A stretch of DNA of 64,000 bases, from the IMG/VR virus record IMGVR_UViG_3300045020_000106, positions 6,287-70,286 of that record; one strand, 5' to 3'. Source of the stretch: a virus. Position numbers and translations under genes: made by a program. A model generated the notes under the pieces. That model did not search any database. It was given only the letters and a program-made list of their open reading frames with translations, and was not told the DNA's origin. Shown here in pieces: positions 1 through 8,797 of this stretch; position 1 is the stretch's first letter; every line of letters begins with the position of its first letter.

Positions 1-222
1 TCAAAGGCCGCGTCGCCGTACTCGTCTTCAAAGCCGGGCTGACACAGTTCGATAAGGCTGCTCAATGTGCTGATCTCCAGGGCTGTGATCAGCGGAGTGG
101 TAATGGGCTGCAGTTCTTTGCTGATGTACTTCCGGCCATCGTACTCGCGCTCCCACGGCTCGGACAGTTTCTTGCCGGTCGTGAGGATCAGTTCAATTCC
201 TTCCTTTGGTTAAATCTGCCAT
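1..222 (-). CDS. 5' part of a conserved phage protein (DUF2303/YfdQ-like partner of 370-708); apparent +1 indel near 205; runs off the window edge
   Basis: RBS AAAGGA and ATG at 222 give MADLTK, then a stop. Removing one T at 205-207 gives MADLTKEGIELILTTGKK...YDGRKYISKELQPITTP...LEISTLSSLIEL, open to the edge. Confidence 0.5.
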
Positions 223-369
223 CGGCGTTTCCTTTGGGAGTGGCGGCCCTCGCTGCGCGCGCGGCCACCGCCCGGTGTTGCACGCTCTTACGTTTCAGAG
301 ACTGACAGGCATACGCCAAGCCCCGGAACGTGCGCAGCGTGAGCACTCGTCCGTTTTAGGTAGAATGTG

Positions 370-708
370 TCACTGGGGTGGTGTCTGAACCTCCTCGCGC
401 TGGAAGAGTTCGGACTGTTTTGGATCTCTTGCATACCCCCGCACGGTGCCATCGGAGCGCCGCGCGATGAAGAAATTCCCCTTGGTTGGCTTGATAGAAG
501 CCAGTTTCGCTTCGCAGGTAAAACTCACTGTTCCGAGTTCGCGATTCTCCGCCGGCTCAAACTTCACTTTGATGACAAGCTCCCGTTTCTGCTCGGGCGC
601 CGTCGAAATGTCCACAATGTTTTTCAGGATCTTATCGAGCGTCTGATCGGCAGCTTTTAAAATATCTCCACCGCACAGATTCCCGAGGTTCATTGTTGGT
701 TGGTCCAT
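370..708 (-). CDS. Phage protein of the family often annotated 'replication terminator protein' (YfdP-like)
   Basis: RBS AGGAG; LDKILKNIVD...KRELVIKVKFEP...EAKLA pattern; C-terminal QSELF resembles a beta-clamp-binding motif. Confidence 0.6.
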   Translation of the reverse strand: MDQPTMNLGNLCGGDILKAADQTLDKILKNIVDISTAPEQKRELVIKVKFEPAENRELGTVSFTCEAKLASIKPTKGNFFIARRSDGTVRGYARDPKQSELFQREEVQTPPQ

Positions 709-824
709 GAAATCTCCTGGCGAAATACCTTCGGACGATTACCACACCCGTACATGTTTGTCTACAGTGAATATCTCGGAAAACTAGGGTAACCAGATTT
801 GCACACAGGTGCGGAAATTAACAG

Positions 825-852
825 TTGAACTCTACATTGATTCCTGTATCTT
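825..852 (+). promoter_or_regulatory. Sigma70-like promoter for the replication operon
   Basis: TTGAAC-16 nt-(TG)TATCTT; 22/28 identical to the promoter at 17601-17628. Confidence 0.55.
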
Positions 853-857
853 GTCCG

Positions 858-937
858 CTGAACCTGGGAACGGGCGGCTGTGGCAAACTCCCAAAGCACG
901 CTGCAGCCGTCCGGTATTCAGGTGGGTGCTTTGGGAG
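858..937 (+). ncRNA. Structured 5' leader with anti-RBS pairing
   Basis: Stem 871-880/904-913; loop CTCCCAAAGCAC (888-899) is the perfect complement of GTGCTTTGGGAG (926-937), which contains the RBS. Confidence 0.5.
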
Positions 938-946
938 CCCCTTCGT

Positions 947-2032
947 TTGCCAAGAATCCGCTCGATAAAATCTGAGTTTGGCCGCGACGAGAAGTTGCAG
1001 GACTTAGAAGTTGCCAATCCCGGCCAGCACTGTATGTTGGTTTTCGCCTGCCTTTGGCCTCACTGCGACCGGGAAGGTCGTTTTGTTTGGTCGCCCCGTG
1101 CTTTAAAGTTAGACATCCTCCCTTTTTTGCCATTCGAGATCGGGAAAACTCTAGAACTTCTCGCCTCTATCGGCTGTATTCAAAAATATAGTTGTGACGG
1201 CAAAACATACGGCTTAGTGACAAATTGGGGTCGTCACCAAATTCCAGGGCGCGACGAACCACCTAGTGAGATTCCTAGCCCATCGGGATTGACTACCCCA
1301 TATGACCGACCACCAAACGCCACGGTGCGCGCCCGGCTATATGACCGCGATAGGTATTGTTGCGCCTACTGTGCTCGAGATCTACGGAAAGATACTCGTG
1401 CAATCTGCTTAGACCATGTCGTTCCCTACTCGCGACGCGGGTCAAATCGCGATAAGAATCTGGTCACCTCTTGCAAGAAATGTAATGGGATAAAACGAGA
1501 CCGGACGCCGTTTGAAGCCGGTATGAAATGGCCTATTGGTTTCGGGGAAACACTTATTGACGGGGTGTATTGTGATATCGGACAACCCGTTAACGGGGTG
1601 TCGAGTACTGTTAACGGTACTGACTCGCTGCCGGACGCGGAAAGGGGTAAGGAATGGGATATGGGTAATGGGAATGGGAAGGGGGAAGTGCTTGAACCCG
1701 CCCCGGAACCGCAGCATCCACTCAATTACGCGCGGAAGATGGTTGAAATTTTAGCGATGCCTGAAACGACTGCAAACCTCCGCGCTATTGAAGCGGCGAT
1801 TACGGCCGAATCAAGTTTTACCGGCATGTCGCTGGAAGACACGTCCCAAGCGCTGGCAACTGCCGCAATGAATGCCCGTCGGCAGGGAGTAGAACTTAAC
1901 AAGTTTTGGTTTGAAGACACGAAATGGAGAAATGGCAATGGAAAACGAGCGTCCAGTAAAGCCCAGCAACATGTTGATGAAGTCGTCGCCAACTGCGAAG
2001 CAGCGAAGCGAATGGTTCGATTGGATCATTGA
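947..2032 (+). CDS. Phage replication initiator/replisome organizer with an internal HNH domain
   Basis: TTG start after GGGAG; N-terminal PRIRSIKSEF...DREGRF motif typical of phage replication proteins; RDRYCCAYC...LDHVVP...NLVTSCKKCN HNH motif. Confidence 0.75.
   Translation: MPRIRSIKSEFGRDEKLQDLEVANPGQHCMLVFACLWPHCDREGRFVWSPRALKLDILPFLPFEIGKTLELLASIGCIQKYSCDGKTYGLVTNWGRHQIPGRDEPPSEIPSPSGLTTPYDRPPNATVRARLYDRDRYCCAYCARDLRKDTRAICLDHVVPYSRRGSNRDKNLVTSCKKCNGIKRDRTPFEAGMKWPIGFGETLIDGVYCDIGQPVNGVSSTVNGTDSLPDAERGKEWDMGNGNGKGEVLEPAPEPQHPLNYARKMVEILAMPETTANLRAIEAAITAESSFTGMSLEDTSQALATAAMNARRQGVELNKFWFEDTKWRNGNGKRASSKAQQHVDEVVANCEAAKRMVRLDH
1556..1690. repeat. Candidate origin iterons inside the initiator gene
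   Basis: TTGACGGGGTGT, TTAACGGGGTGT and TTAACGG repeats; palindrome CCCGTTAACGGG at 1586-1597; followed by a purine-rich (ATGGG)n tract. Confidence 0.4.
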
Positions 2033-2771
2033 GCAGTTATCGCTGGTCGCGCTGGCGAAAGGGCAAACCTACTCACCAGAACGGCTGCGCATTAATGCCG
2101 AAGATTTAAGCGACCTCCCGCGAGAGGCGCTGGCGTCAGCCTTCCACCGCGCGCGCCGCGAGCTTAACTTTATGCCGCAAGTCTCAGAAATCCGTCGCTT
2201 GGCGGGCGCCGATCCCGCTACGCAACTGGATGGGGAGAAACGAGCAGCGTGGGATGTGCTCATCAAGTTTGTCGAAAAATATGTAGGCTGTGACGCCGAA
2301 GAGCACTTCGGACCCGAGTACGGCTCCCATAGTGCCTTTGGACCTTACGATGACCACGGCGTCCCCAAACACCCTGCCACCTACCCGCAACTCCCACCAC
2401 GGATTCTTGATTGCGTCCGGCGCACCGGCGGATGGAAGCAATACAAGCGCATGACCGAAGACGATCACCCATTTCAACAGAAGCGATTCTTTGAAGAGTA
2501 CGAGAACTGGGAAGCCACAGAGATTTCACTGCCAACCCTCGCGGCCTGCCTTCAGATCCCCGAAGCAAAAATCAAACTCCTGGCGAAGCCGATGGATGCG
2601 CCACGAAGAACTCCACCGCCGGACGGGGCGCACGCGAAACTGCAAATCGTATCCGGCCGAAACGCGCGGCCTTCGCTGAACATTCCTACCATTCAATTAA
2701 CTCCTGAACAAATTACTGCAAGACGAGCTGAGGAGTTGGCTGAGATAGAGAAGTACAAGGAAGCCAAATGA
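1932..2771 (+). CDS. Putative helicase loader/inhibitor-like replication protein
   Basis: Directly follows the initiator; LSDLPREALASAFHRARRELNFMPQVSEIR and VRRTGGW motifs; start codon uncertain. Confidence 0.55.
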   Translation: MAMENERPVKPSNMLMKSSPTAKQRSEWFDWIIEQLSLVALAKGQTYSPERLRINAEDLSDLPREALASAFHRARRELNFMPQVSEIRRLAGADPATQLDGEKRAAWDVLIKFVEKYVGCDAEEHFGPEYGSHSAFGPYDDHGVPKHPATYPQLPPRILDCVRRTGGWKQYKRMTEDDHPFQQKRFFEEYENWEATEISLPTLAACLQIPEAKIKLLAKPMDAPRRTPPPDGAHAKLQIVSGRNARPSLNIPTIQLTPEQITARRAEELAEIEKYKEAK

Positions 2772-3796
2772 ACGGAGTGACGATTCTTCAAGGAGACGCA
2801 TTGGAGATGCAGAAGTCGTTACCGGACGAATCTGTTAATTGCGTGCTTACTTCTCCACCGTATTGGCGTCAGCGGGATTACAAGATTGTCGGCCAGGTTG
2901 GGTTAGAAAAAACGCCCGAGGAATACACCGATTCGCTTGTGAAGGTGTTTCGTGAGTCTCGCCGGGTTCTTGCGGACGACGGGAGTTTTTGGCTCAACAT
3001 CGGCGAAAAGTGGGCATCCGGCGGAAACGGCGGCGGAGGCTCATTCATGGCGCAGCGCTCGGAAGCGTGGAGCCACGCGAAGGAATCGAAGGGTTGGCGT
3101 AACCCCCCACCCGGATACAAAGACAAAGACATCGTGGGAATCCCGTGGATGCTCGCGTTTGCCTTGCGCGCGGATGGCTGGTATCTACGCCAGTGCAATA
3201 TTTGGGCGAAGCCAAACTGCATGCCGGAATCGGTGACCGATCGCTCCACTGTTTCTCATGAGTACGTTTTCCATCTCACAAAGAGCAATGACTACTGGTA
3301 TGACGATGAACGGGCCCGCACACCTCCACCGCCAGCGACCGAGACGGAACTACGCCACAATTCGACAATCTCCCGTAATCTTCGCGCGAATCCAGACGCA
3401 AAGACAAGGCCAACCAAAGAGCGCAATGGCATTCGAGGACTCCGATCAGATAAGCAACGCGGGCATTCACGAAAGCATGCGGGCTTTAATGACCGATGGG
3501 ACGCCATGCCAGTGCAAGAGCAGCGCTCCAACGGCGCAAACCTACGATCCGTATGGTGGATCAGCCCGGCCAACACAACCGATGAGCATTATGCCGTGAT
3601 GCCCGAGAAGCTCGCCAAAATTTGCATTATCGCCGGCTGTAAGCCTGGCGGCACTGTCCTCGACCCATTCTTCGGCTCAGGAACTACGGCGCTCGTGGCA
3701 CGGGCAAACAACTGTAAGTGCATCGGCATCGAGCTTAATCCTGAGTACATAGAAATCGCAAAACGTCGTTTGAGTCAGGAAGTACTCCAGTTCTGA
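2768..3796 (+). CDS. DNA methyltransferase (N4-C/N6-A, beta class)
   Basis: TSPPY catalytic motif near the N-terminus, IWAKPN, HEYVF, HYAVMP, and DPFFGSGTT SAM-binding motif near the C-terminus. Confidence 0.93.
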   Translation: MNGVTILQGDALEMQKSLPDESVNCVLTSPPYWRQRDYKIVGQVGLEKTPEEYTDSLVKVFRESRRVLADDGSFWLNIGEKWASGGNGGGGSFMAQRSEAWSHAKESKGWRNPPPGYKDKDIVGIPWMLAFALRADGWYLRQCNIWAKPNCMPESVTDRSTVSHEYVFHLTKSNDYWYDDERARTPPPPATETELRHNSTISRNLRANPDAKTRPTKERNGIRGLRSDKQRGHSRKHAGFNDRWDAMPVQEQRSNGANLRSVWWISPANTTDEHYAVMPEKLAKICIIAGCKPGGTVLDPFFGSGTTALVARANNCKCIGIELNPEYIEIAKRRLSQEVLQF

Positions 3797-3806
3797 AAGG
3801 ACATCC

Positions 3807-4076
3807 ATGAAAGCTCATCTAAAAATAAGCAACTCTCCCATAAGTTCAAAATCTCCAGTTCTCGCCGAGTGTGGAGCGGAAGTAAAAAATCCCGTCTTCG
3901 CCATTGAGTTAGACACCGCTTTCACCGTAGGCCACAAAGTCGCGGAGATTCTAAGCATCAATACGCTGTTGTTCTGTAAGCGATGTATCTCCTCGACTAC
4001 CCACGGACTCGAAGGGCAATACATTTACGTTCTGCATGAAGGGCAAGAGGCACGCGATGAAACTCAAAGCGAATGA
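3807..4076 (+). CDS. Hypothetical protein (possible Zn binder)
   Basis: RBS AAAGGA; CG...CKRC. Confidence 0.55.
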   Translation: MKAHLKISNSPISSKSPVLAECGAEVKNPVFAIELDTAFTVGHKVAEILSINTLLFCKRCISSTTHGLEGQYIYVLHEGQEARDETQSE

Positions 4077-4464
4077 GCGCTGTCCGATTCACAGGTCGAA
4101 GACGTGCTGCGGGCGCCAGGACCGGTTAGCGCGTTCTGCGATCAAAAAGCCGCTGTGGAATTACATTGGGCCAGGGGTGAAACTGTATCCCGATGGGCAC
4201 ATCGAGCGTTCGCAGTCAGCCCTGAAGCGAGTCAAAGACGACCTGCTGAGACGCGGGTATAAGTGTGCGGCGTGCGGGCAGGCGTTCGATGACTACGAGC
4301 AAGTGGAGTTAGCCCATGTACGCTCGAAGGGATTCTCTGGATCGCGGCGCAACGACGCCACGGAGAATCTCGTGTTAATGCACCGGGGAAGCAACCGCGC
4401 GCAAGGCTCCCTCGATCTCGACACGTACCTAGGTGACTACTGGAAGCCGGAACATTGCAAATAG
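4057..4464 (+). CDS. HNH-family nuclease-like protein
   Basis: CAACG...ELAHVRSKG...ENLVLMHRGSN. Confidence 0.65.
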   Translation: MKLKANERCPIHRSKTCCGRQDRLARSAIKKPLWNYIGPGVKLYPDGHIERSQSALKRVKDDLLRRGYKCAACGQAFDDYEQVELAHVRSKGFSGSRRNDATENLVLMHRGSNRAQGSLDLDTYLGDYWKPEHCK

Positions 4465-4479
4465 GCTAATAGAATTCTC

Positions 4480-4508
4480 TTGACAATTTAATATCTTAAG
4501 AACATAGT
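4480..4508 (+). promoter_or_regulatory. Sigma70 promoter, nearly leaderless transcript
   Basis: TTGACA-17 nt AT-rich spacer-CATAGT, 9 nt upstream of ATG 4518. Confidence 0.6.
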
Positions 4509-4517
4509 AACACTCGT

Positions 4518-4715
4518 ATGGCAATCGGGATCGAGTTCAGGAAGAGCGAGAACGTGCAGACCATGCTCACGCGCGCGGAGCTGGATCGCGTCGAGGCGAT
4601 GCGAAAGTCTGAAGGGTATTCGCTCAGCGGCATGGTGCGAGTGCTCATTTTGGAATCGCTGAAAGTCTGGGAAGAATCCCAGGCAGGCCGGAAGCGAAAA
4701 AAGAGCGTGATCTGA
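4518..4715 (+). CDS. Ribbon-helix-helix (CopG/Arc-like) regulator
   Basis: VQTMLTRAELDRVEAMRKSEGYSLSGMVRVLI beta-alpha-alpha pattern. Confidence 0.7.
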   Translation: MAIGIEFRKSENVQTMLTRAELDRVEAMRKSEGYSLSGMVRVLILESLKVWEESQAGRKRKKSVI

Positions 4716-4719
4716 ATTG

Positions 4720-5334
4720 TGAGCGAGGACACAAAAATGCGCAGCAAGCAAGTCACTGTTTTTGAAGGCGAGCCGCTTGGACCGATAGATTGGTCCTACG
4801 ATTTTAATGCGCATTCTTGGGATGGGCACGGCGGCGTAAACCCAGAATTCATCTCTAAAGCAGTAGAAATGCTACGCGAGATCGAGCATGGTGACTGGCT
4901 GGCTACGACTGACGGGGGATGGCCCAAAGTAGGGTGGAAACGAGTTATTGCCGTGCAGATGTACGATGGATGGCCGCATTGGAAACCTGTGCCAAGTTTC
5001 TGTATCGCTGGCACGTGCGGCCCAGAATGGCACCCGTTCTATAGTCTGGCCGCAATTGAAAAGGTTTAACTTCAGGTGAGCGAGGACACTCCAAATGACC
5101 GCTGATGAGTTGCTGATCGAAGCCGACGACGAGGTTTTCGAAACCATACAATGGCTTAGGCGCTATGTGGATAACTACCTCGTTCATGTTCCAGTATCAG
5201 ATGGCCAGAGAGTTATCAATGGCTTCGCCGCAGTGCAGATTCCAGACTGGAGCGTAAAACAGAGAATTGATGCACTTGAAGCTTACCGATTAAAGATTCA
5301 TCGCTTTAGAGGCGAATTAACTGAGCGAGGACAC
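4720..5334 (+). repeat. Three copies of TGAGCGAGGACAC, each before a small gene
   Basis: Exact 13-mer at 4720-4732, 5077-5089 and 5322-5334. Confidence 0.85.
4737..5069 (+). CDS. Hypothetical Trp-rich protein
   Basis: GAGG RBS within the repeat; intact ORF. Confidence 0.65.
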   Translation: MRSKQVTVFEGEPLGPIDWSYDFNAHSWDGHGGVNPEFISKAVEMLREIEHGDWLATTDGGWPKVGWKRVIAVQMYDGWPHWKPVPSFCIAGTCGPEWHPFYSLAAIEKV

Positions 5335-5337
5335 TGA
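5095..5337 (+). CDS. Hypothetical protein
   Basis: RBS within the repeat. Confidence 0.6.
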   Translation: MTADELLIEADDEVFETIQWLRRYVDNYLVHVPVSDGQRVINGFAAVQIPDWSVKQRIDALEAYRLKIHRFRGELTERGH

Positions 5338-5341
5338 CCCA

Positions 5342-5512
5342 ATGACACCGACCAAGATTAAAAATCTTATCTACTCGTTCTGGCTTGTCATGTGCACGAT
5401 TGATATCGTGCTCGGAACCGCATCCATGATTCACAGGCATTACGACTTAGCAGCCTGCATGTTCATCTGGGCAGTATTTGCCAAGGTATCAGCGGCGGAA
5501 TGGCAGCGTTGA
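5342..5512 (+). CDS. Small 2-TM membrane protein (56 aa, not in ORF track)
   Basis: MTPTKIKNLIYSFWLVMCTIDIVLGTASMIHRHYDLAACMFIWAVFAKVSAAEWQR; RBS within the repeat. Confidence 0.6.
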   Translation: MTPTKIKNLIYSFWLVMCTIDIVLGTASMIHRHYDLAACMFIWAVFAKVSAAEWQR

Positions 5513-5546
5513 CGGGGCAGGCTTAATCCAGCACGGGAGAGAAGTC

Positions 5547-5804
5547 ATGGCAGATTACAGGATGCTTGCGAAGTTGCAGGAGATACGGCGGAGGATTTTC
5601 GATGAACTGTGGCTCCCGACCTGTGATAGCGCCCAATTGGAGAGATTCCACGCGATCGAGAGCCTGCTAAACGAAGCTATCGACTTGGACAATCAGATGT
5701 CTCGCGAAAAGCTAGGCCTTGACCCGGTACCCCCAGAAGCCAACGCGGGAAGTTTTGAGCAGCACCAGCACATCAAAGCGCAACACGTTAAACGACCAGC
5801 GTGA
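5547..5804 (+). CDS. Hypothetical helical protein
   Basis: GGGAG RBS; MADYRMLAKL... Confidence 0.55.
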   Translation: MADYRMLAKLQEIRRRIFDELWLPTCDSAQLERFHAIESLLNEAIDLDNQMSREKLGLDPVPPEANAGSFEQHQHIKAQHVKRPA

Positions 5805-5979
5805 AAGGAAATAAGCCATGGTGTTAGTCGCTTTCATCGGGGTTGAGGTAGCGGCACTGTTTTGCTTCTTCGAACTTGTGGTGCATGGGCATTATTTTGC
5901 CGCGATCATCCCGGCATTGTTGATGCTCAGCCTGAAAGCCAGTTACAAAAAGTAGATTTTTGTGAAAGGAAATAAGCCA
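5801..5979 (+). repeat. 18-bp direct repeat GTGAAAGGAAATAAGCCA bracketing a small gene
   Basis: Copies at 5801-5818 and 5962-5979. Confidence 0.85.
5818..5955 (+). CDS. Small membrane protein (45 aa, not in ORF track)
   Basis: MVLVAFIGVEVAALFCFFELVVHGHYFAAIIPALLMLSLKASYKK. Confidence 0.55.
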   Translation: MVLVAFIGVEVAALFCFFELVVHGHYFAAIIPALLMLSLKASYKK

Positions 5980-6210
5980 ATGACGACAGCACCAGCCAAG
6001 AAGGGTTGTCAGCATGAAGTTCCCGAATCCCGCTCGGGCGCATGCGATGGGCAATTGTGCGGGAATTCCGACTCGGCCAGGGCATGTTTTGATTGTGGGA
6101 AGATGCTCTGCCGGCGTCACAGCTTTCTCTGCTGTGATAACTACTACTGCGATTTCTGCTTGGAAACTCATGAGCTAGAATCGCATCCTGTTGTTGAATT
6201 GATCGCGTAA
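5980..6210 (+). CDS. Cys-rich Zn-finger protein
   Basis: CFDCGKMLCRRH...CC...CDFC..H. Confidence 0.6.
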   Translation: MTTAPAKKGCQHEVPESRSGACDGQLCGNSDSARACFDCGKMLCRRHSFLCCDNYYCDFCLETHELESHPVVELIA

Positions 6211-6237
6211 GAATCGGCGTGGAGGCCGACACAAATC

Positions 6238-7446
6238 ATGGCGACAGCTACTATGGAACAACCAACCAACGCACAAGTGAAACCGCAAGCAATCGTTCCC
6301 ATCAAGATCGGCTGGTACGGCGGTCAGGGTTCGGGAAAGACTACATCATCGGCGCTTCTGGCGCTGGCGCTATCGAAAGAAGTCTATGGCGGAGCTCCGG
6401 TAGCCGTCACCGATACCGAGCCTGGCTGGCAGTTCTTAAAGCCCATCTTCGCAATGGAAGGCGTCGAACTCATCCAGACCACAACGCCAACGTTTAAGGC
6501 CATGCTGAAAGATTTGCGCGATGCCGAGAAGCGCGGCTGCTGCGTGTGGGCGATCGACTCCTTAACGATCATTTGGCAGGAAATCATGAAGTCCGCGCAG
6601 GGCAAGCGCAGCTCAATTCAGATCCAGCAGTGGGGCGACATTAAAGCCGTGTGGGGTGAATACACCACGGCATTCCTGAACTCAGGCATGTGTACCTTTG
6701 CTCTCGGGCGGCTCGGCAACGAGATGGAAGAACAGCAGGACGACGAAGGCAAGACCAAACTGGTGAAGGTAGCCACAAAGTTCAAGGCTGGCGGTTCGGA
6801 ATCGTTCGGCTACGAACCGCACCTGCTGCTTGAAATGTCGCTGGAGCGGAAAGCAAAGGTAAAGGCAGGTTCGCGGCTCGAAGGCGAGGGCCGCATGGTT
6901 CACCGCGTCGATGTTTTGAAAGATCGCACTTGGGCATTGAACGGCCTAGTGATGCGCTGGTCCGACAAGCCACGGTATGAAAAGGGTGGCTACCGTCAGG
7001 TTTGGAACTCTATCAAACCTCACTTCGACATGGTGCAGAAGACTATGGCGCGCGTGGAACTGCAGACCGGCACAAACAGCAATGATCTATTCCCCGGCGA
7101 AGAAGGCCGGTCCGAGTGGTATGAGAAGAAGCAGCGCAAAGAAGTCCTCTCCGCCGAACTGCACGCCACCATGGACATGCTCTGGGGCGGGACAGCCGTT
7201 GCTGCAAAGCAGATGCGAATGAAAGTCTTTGAGCATGTATTCGGCTTCAAATCAAAAGAAGCGGCCGATGCGGCGACACTGGATAAGATTGAGCGCGGTG
7301 TGCGCATCCTCCAGGCGTTCGAGCGGCGAAGCAAAGCAGACGCGAAACTGCTCGAGTCTGGAGAACTCAATATCCTTGCTAATCTGGATATTGACATTCA
7401 GGAATTCGATCAGGGCACGGCGGAGGAAGCCGACCTCCCATTCTGA
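6238..7446 (+). CDS. P-loop AAA ATPase (Sak4/AAA_24-like recombination protein) with an SSB-like acidic tail
   Basis: Walker A GGQGSGKT; DTE motif; Walker B WAIDS; C-terminal EEADLPF. Confidence 0.8.
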   Translation: MATATMEQPTNAQVKPQAIVPIKIGWYGGQGSGKTTSSALLALALSKEVYGGAPVAVTDTEPGWQFLKPIFAMEGVELIQTTTPTFKAMLKDLRDAEKRGCCVWAIDSLTIIWQEIMKSAQGKRSSIQIQQWGDIKAVWGEYTTAFLNSGMCTFALGRLGNEMEEQQDDEGKTKLVKVATKFKAGGSESFGYEPHLLLEMSLERKAKVKAGSRLEGEGRMVHRVDVLKDRTWALNGLVMRWSDKPRYEKGGYRQVWNSIKPHFDMVQKTMARVELQTGTNSNDLFPGEEGRSEWYEKKQRKEVLSAELHATMDMLWGGTAVAAKQMRMKVFEHVFGFKSKEAADAATLDKIERGVRILQAFERRSKADAKLLESGELNILANLDIDIQEFDQGTAEEADLPF

Positions 7447-7541
7447 AAGCTTCCCCTGCTGGCTTGGTCGGCCTCCAAAGCAGGGTAGGGCAGGGGGATC
7501 GTGGTCGGACATGGTTCCCCTGTAAGTTCGACAGGAGATGC

Positions 7542-7751
7542 ATGAGCAACGAAGAGCGCTACCGCTACAAAGTCACCTGGCGGATGGATCGAATCTTTGG
7601 CTCGGAAGAAGCCCGCAAGGCTATGGACAACGAAAGAACCCGAGAGAGAGATAAGTTACGCCGCGCAGGCAAGCGGAGTGGTAAAGTCAGGCAAGATGCC
7701 AAACAAAATATGGGTTCGGTGGTATCCGCGAAGAAACTGCAGCCAGTGTAA
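7542..7751 (+). CDS. Hypothetical basic protein
   Basis: AGGAG RBS. Confidence 0.45.
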   Translation: MSNEERYRYKVTWRMDRIFGSEEARKAMDNERTRERDKLRRAGKRSGKVRQDAKQNMGSVVSAKKLQPV

Positions 7752-7896
7752 CGGCTCCGGCTTTGTCGTGACCACGAATACTCGGGGCAATCGGGAAGCA
7801 AGAAAGTGTAACTGCTGGCGAAGATATTCCAATGAGCCTCGGGTAGTAAGACCTTATCGAGATGGGAAAGCGATGGCGACGGGAGAAGCGGAATGA
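7696..7896 (+). CDS. Small Zn-ribbon protein
   Basis: CSQCNGSGF...ARKCNC. Confidence 0.55.
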   Translation: MPNKIWVRWYPRRNCSQCNGSGFVVTTNTRGNREARKCNCWRRYSNEPRVVRPYRDGKAMATGEAE

Positions 7897-8225
7897 TTGA
7901 GCATGGCGATTACTTCGTGGTTCGGGCCGAAAAAGGGAATGTGTATCTCTGTGGCCCAGTGGGAGCCGTGGCTCTTACGCGAACAGCCGACATGAATCGC
8001 GGGTTCACGGTTCTCAATACGGCGAAGTATACATGCATCCCCAAGGCGGCCGTAAGGCGCATGTTGATGCACGGGCATCGGCGTGGCAGAATTCGGAATA
8101 ACAAGCACGTCCACTCTTTCAACTTCTCGCAGAATGGCACCGATGAAATGCTTGTGATTGGTTGCCAAACCTTCCACCAAGAAGCGATCAACATCATGCG
8201 GCAATGGACCAAGGTGTCACGATGA
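7893..8225 (+). CDS. Hypothetical protein
   Basis: ATGA-coupled to both neighbours. Confidence 0.55.
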   Translation: MIEHGDYFVVRAEKGNVYLCGPVGAVALTRTADMNRGFTVLNTAKYTCIPKAAVRRMLMHGHRRGRIRNNKHVHSFNFSQNGTDEMLVIGCQTFHQEAINIMRQWTKVSR

Positions 8226-8443
8226 GCTTACTGAGCCTCTTCGCCGACGTAACCCGAGCCCACGCGGCCCTGAATACAATCCGTGATGGTTGCTCACATG
8301 CCCGTTTAAGCTGGCCCCAGGGCGGAAAGAATCAGGAAGCCCGACAACGTTGTTTGGATTGCGGAGCCGTGCGGGAAGCGGCCATGGGACAAAATGGCTG
8401 GTACTTTGGGAAGTGGGAGAAGGAAGAAACGAGGCTGCTGTGA
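8222..8443 (+). CDS. Small Zn-binding protein
   Basis: CSH...WP...CLDCG. Confidence 0.55.
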   Translation: MSLLSLFADVTRAHAALNTIRDGCSHARLSWPQGGKNQEARQRCLDCGAVREAAMGQNGWYFGKWEKEETRLL

Positions 8444-8577
8444 GCAAGTATATCGACGGCGAACTCTTTCTCTGGATCATCGGCTTCGTGATCTTGGCCG
8501 TAGCCCTGGCGCTCTCCGTAGACTGGATGCTCGATAAGATCATGAAAGCTATGGAAGATTGGATGAACAATGAATGA
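8440..8577 (+). CDS. Small single-TM protein
   Basis: GTGA overlap; hydrophobic helix. Confidence 0.5.
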   Translation: MSKYIDGELFLWIIGFVILAVALALSVDWMLDKIMKAMEDWMNNE

Positions 8578-8797
8578 CAACAACTGCGTCATGGGTCTGA
8601 TGGGAAAGCTGATCGTTCTGTGCGAAGAGTCGGGGATGGATGTGCCCCGGCAAATCGCCGCCCTGAATGCCGCGCGCGTAGCATTGGAGGCGATGGAACT
8701 GGACAACGATATCTCGGAGAGCGATCTGGAAAGCGAAGTTCTGCGGAGCGTATTCCGGGATCTGATGAAGGCAGGAGTATTGCGAGGGGTAAATTGA
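8570..8797 (+). CDS. Hypothetical protein
   Basis: Coupled ORF. Confidence 0.5.
   Translation: MNDNNCVMGLMGKLIVLCEESGMDVPRQIAALNAARVALEAMELDNDISESDLESEVLRSVFRDLMKAGVLRGVN

Noticed and set aside
809-946. 46-aa N-terminal extension of the replication protein from the ORF track
   Set aside because: It overlaps the promoter and structured leader; the family motif and RBS favour TTG 947.
4715-4725. lac operator half-site AATTGTGAGCG
   Set aside because: Only 11 bp, no second half, and it overlaps the phage's own repeat; chance match, not vector contamination.
4720-5979. CRISPR or guide-RNA array
   Set aside because: Repeats are 13-18 bp with 140-350 bp protein-coding spacers of irregular length; no cas-like gene was seen.
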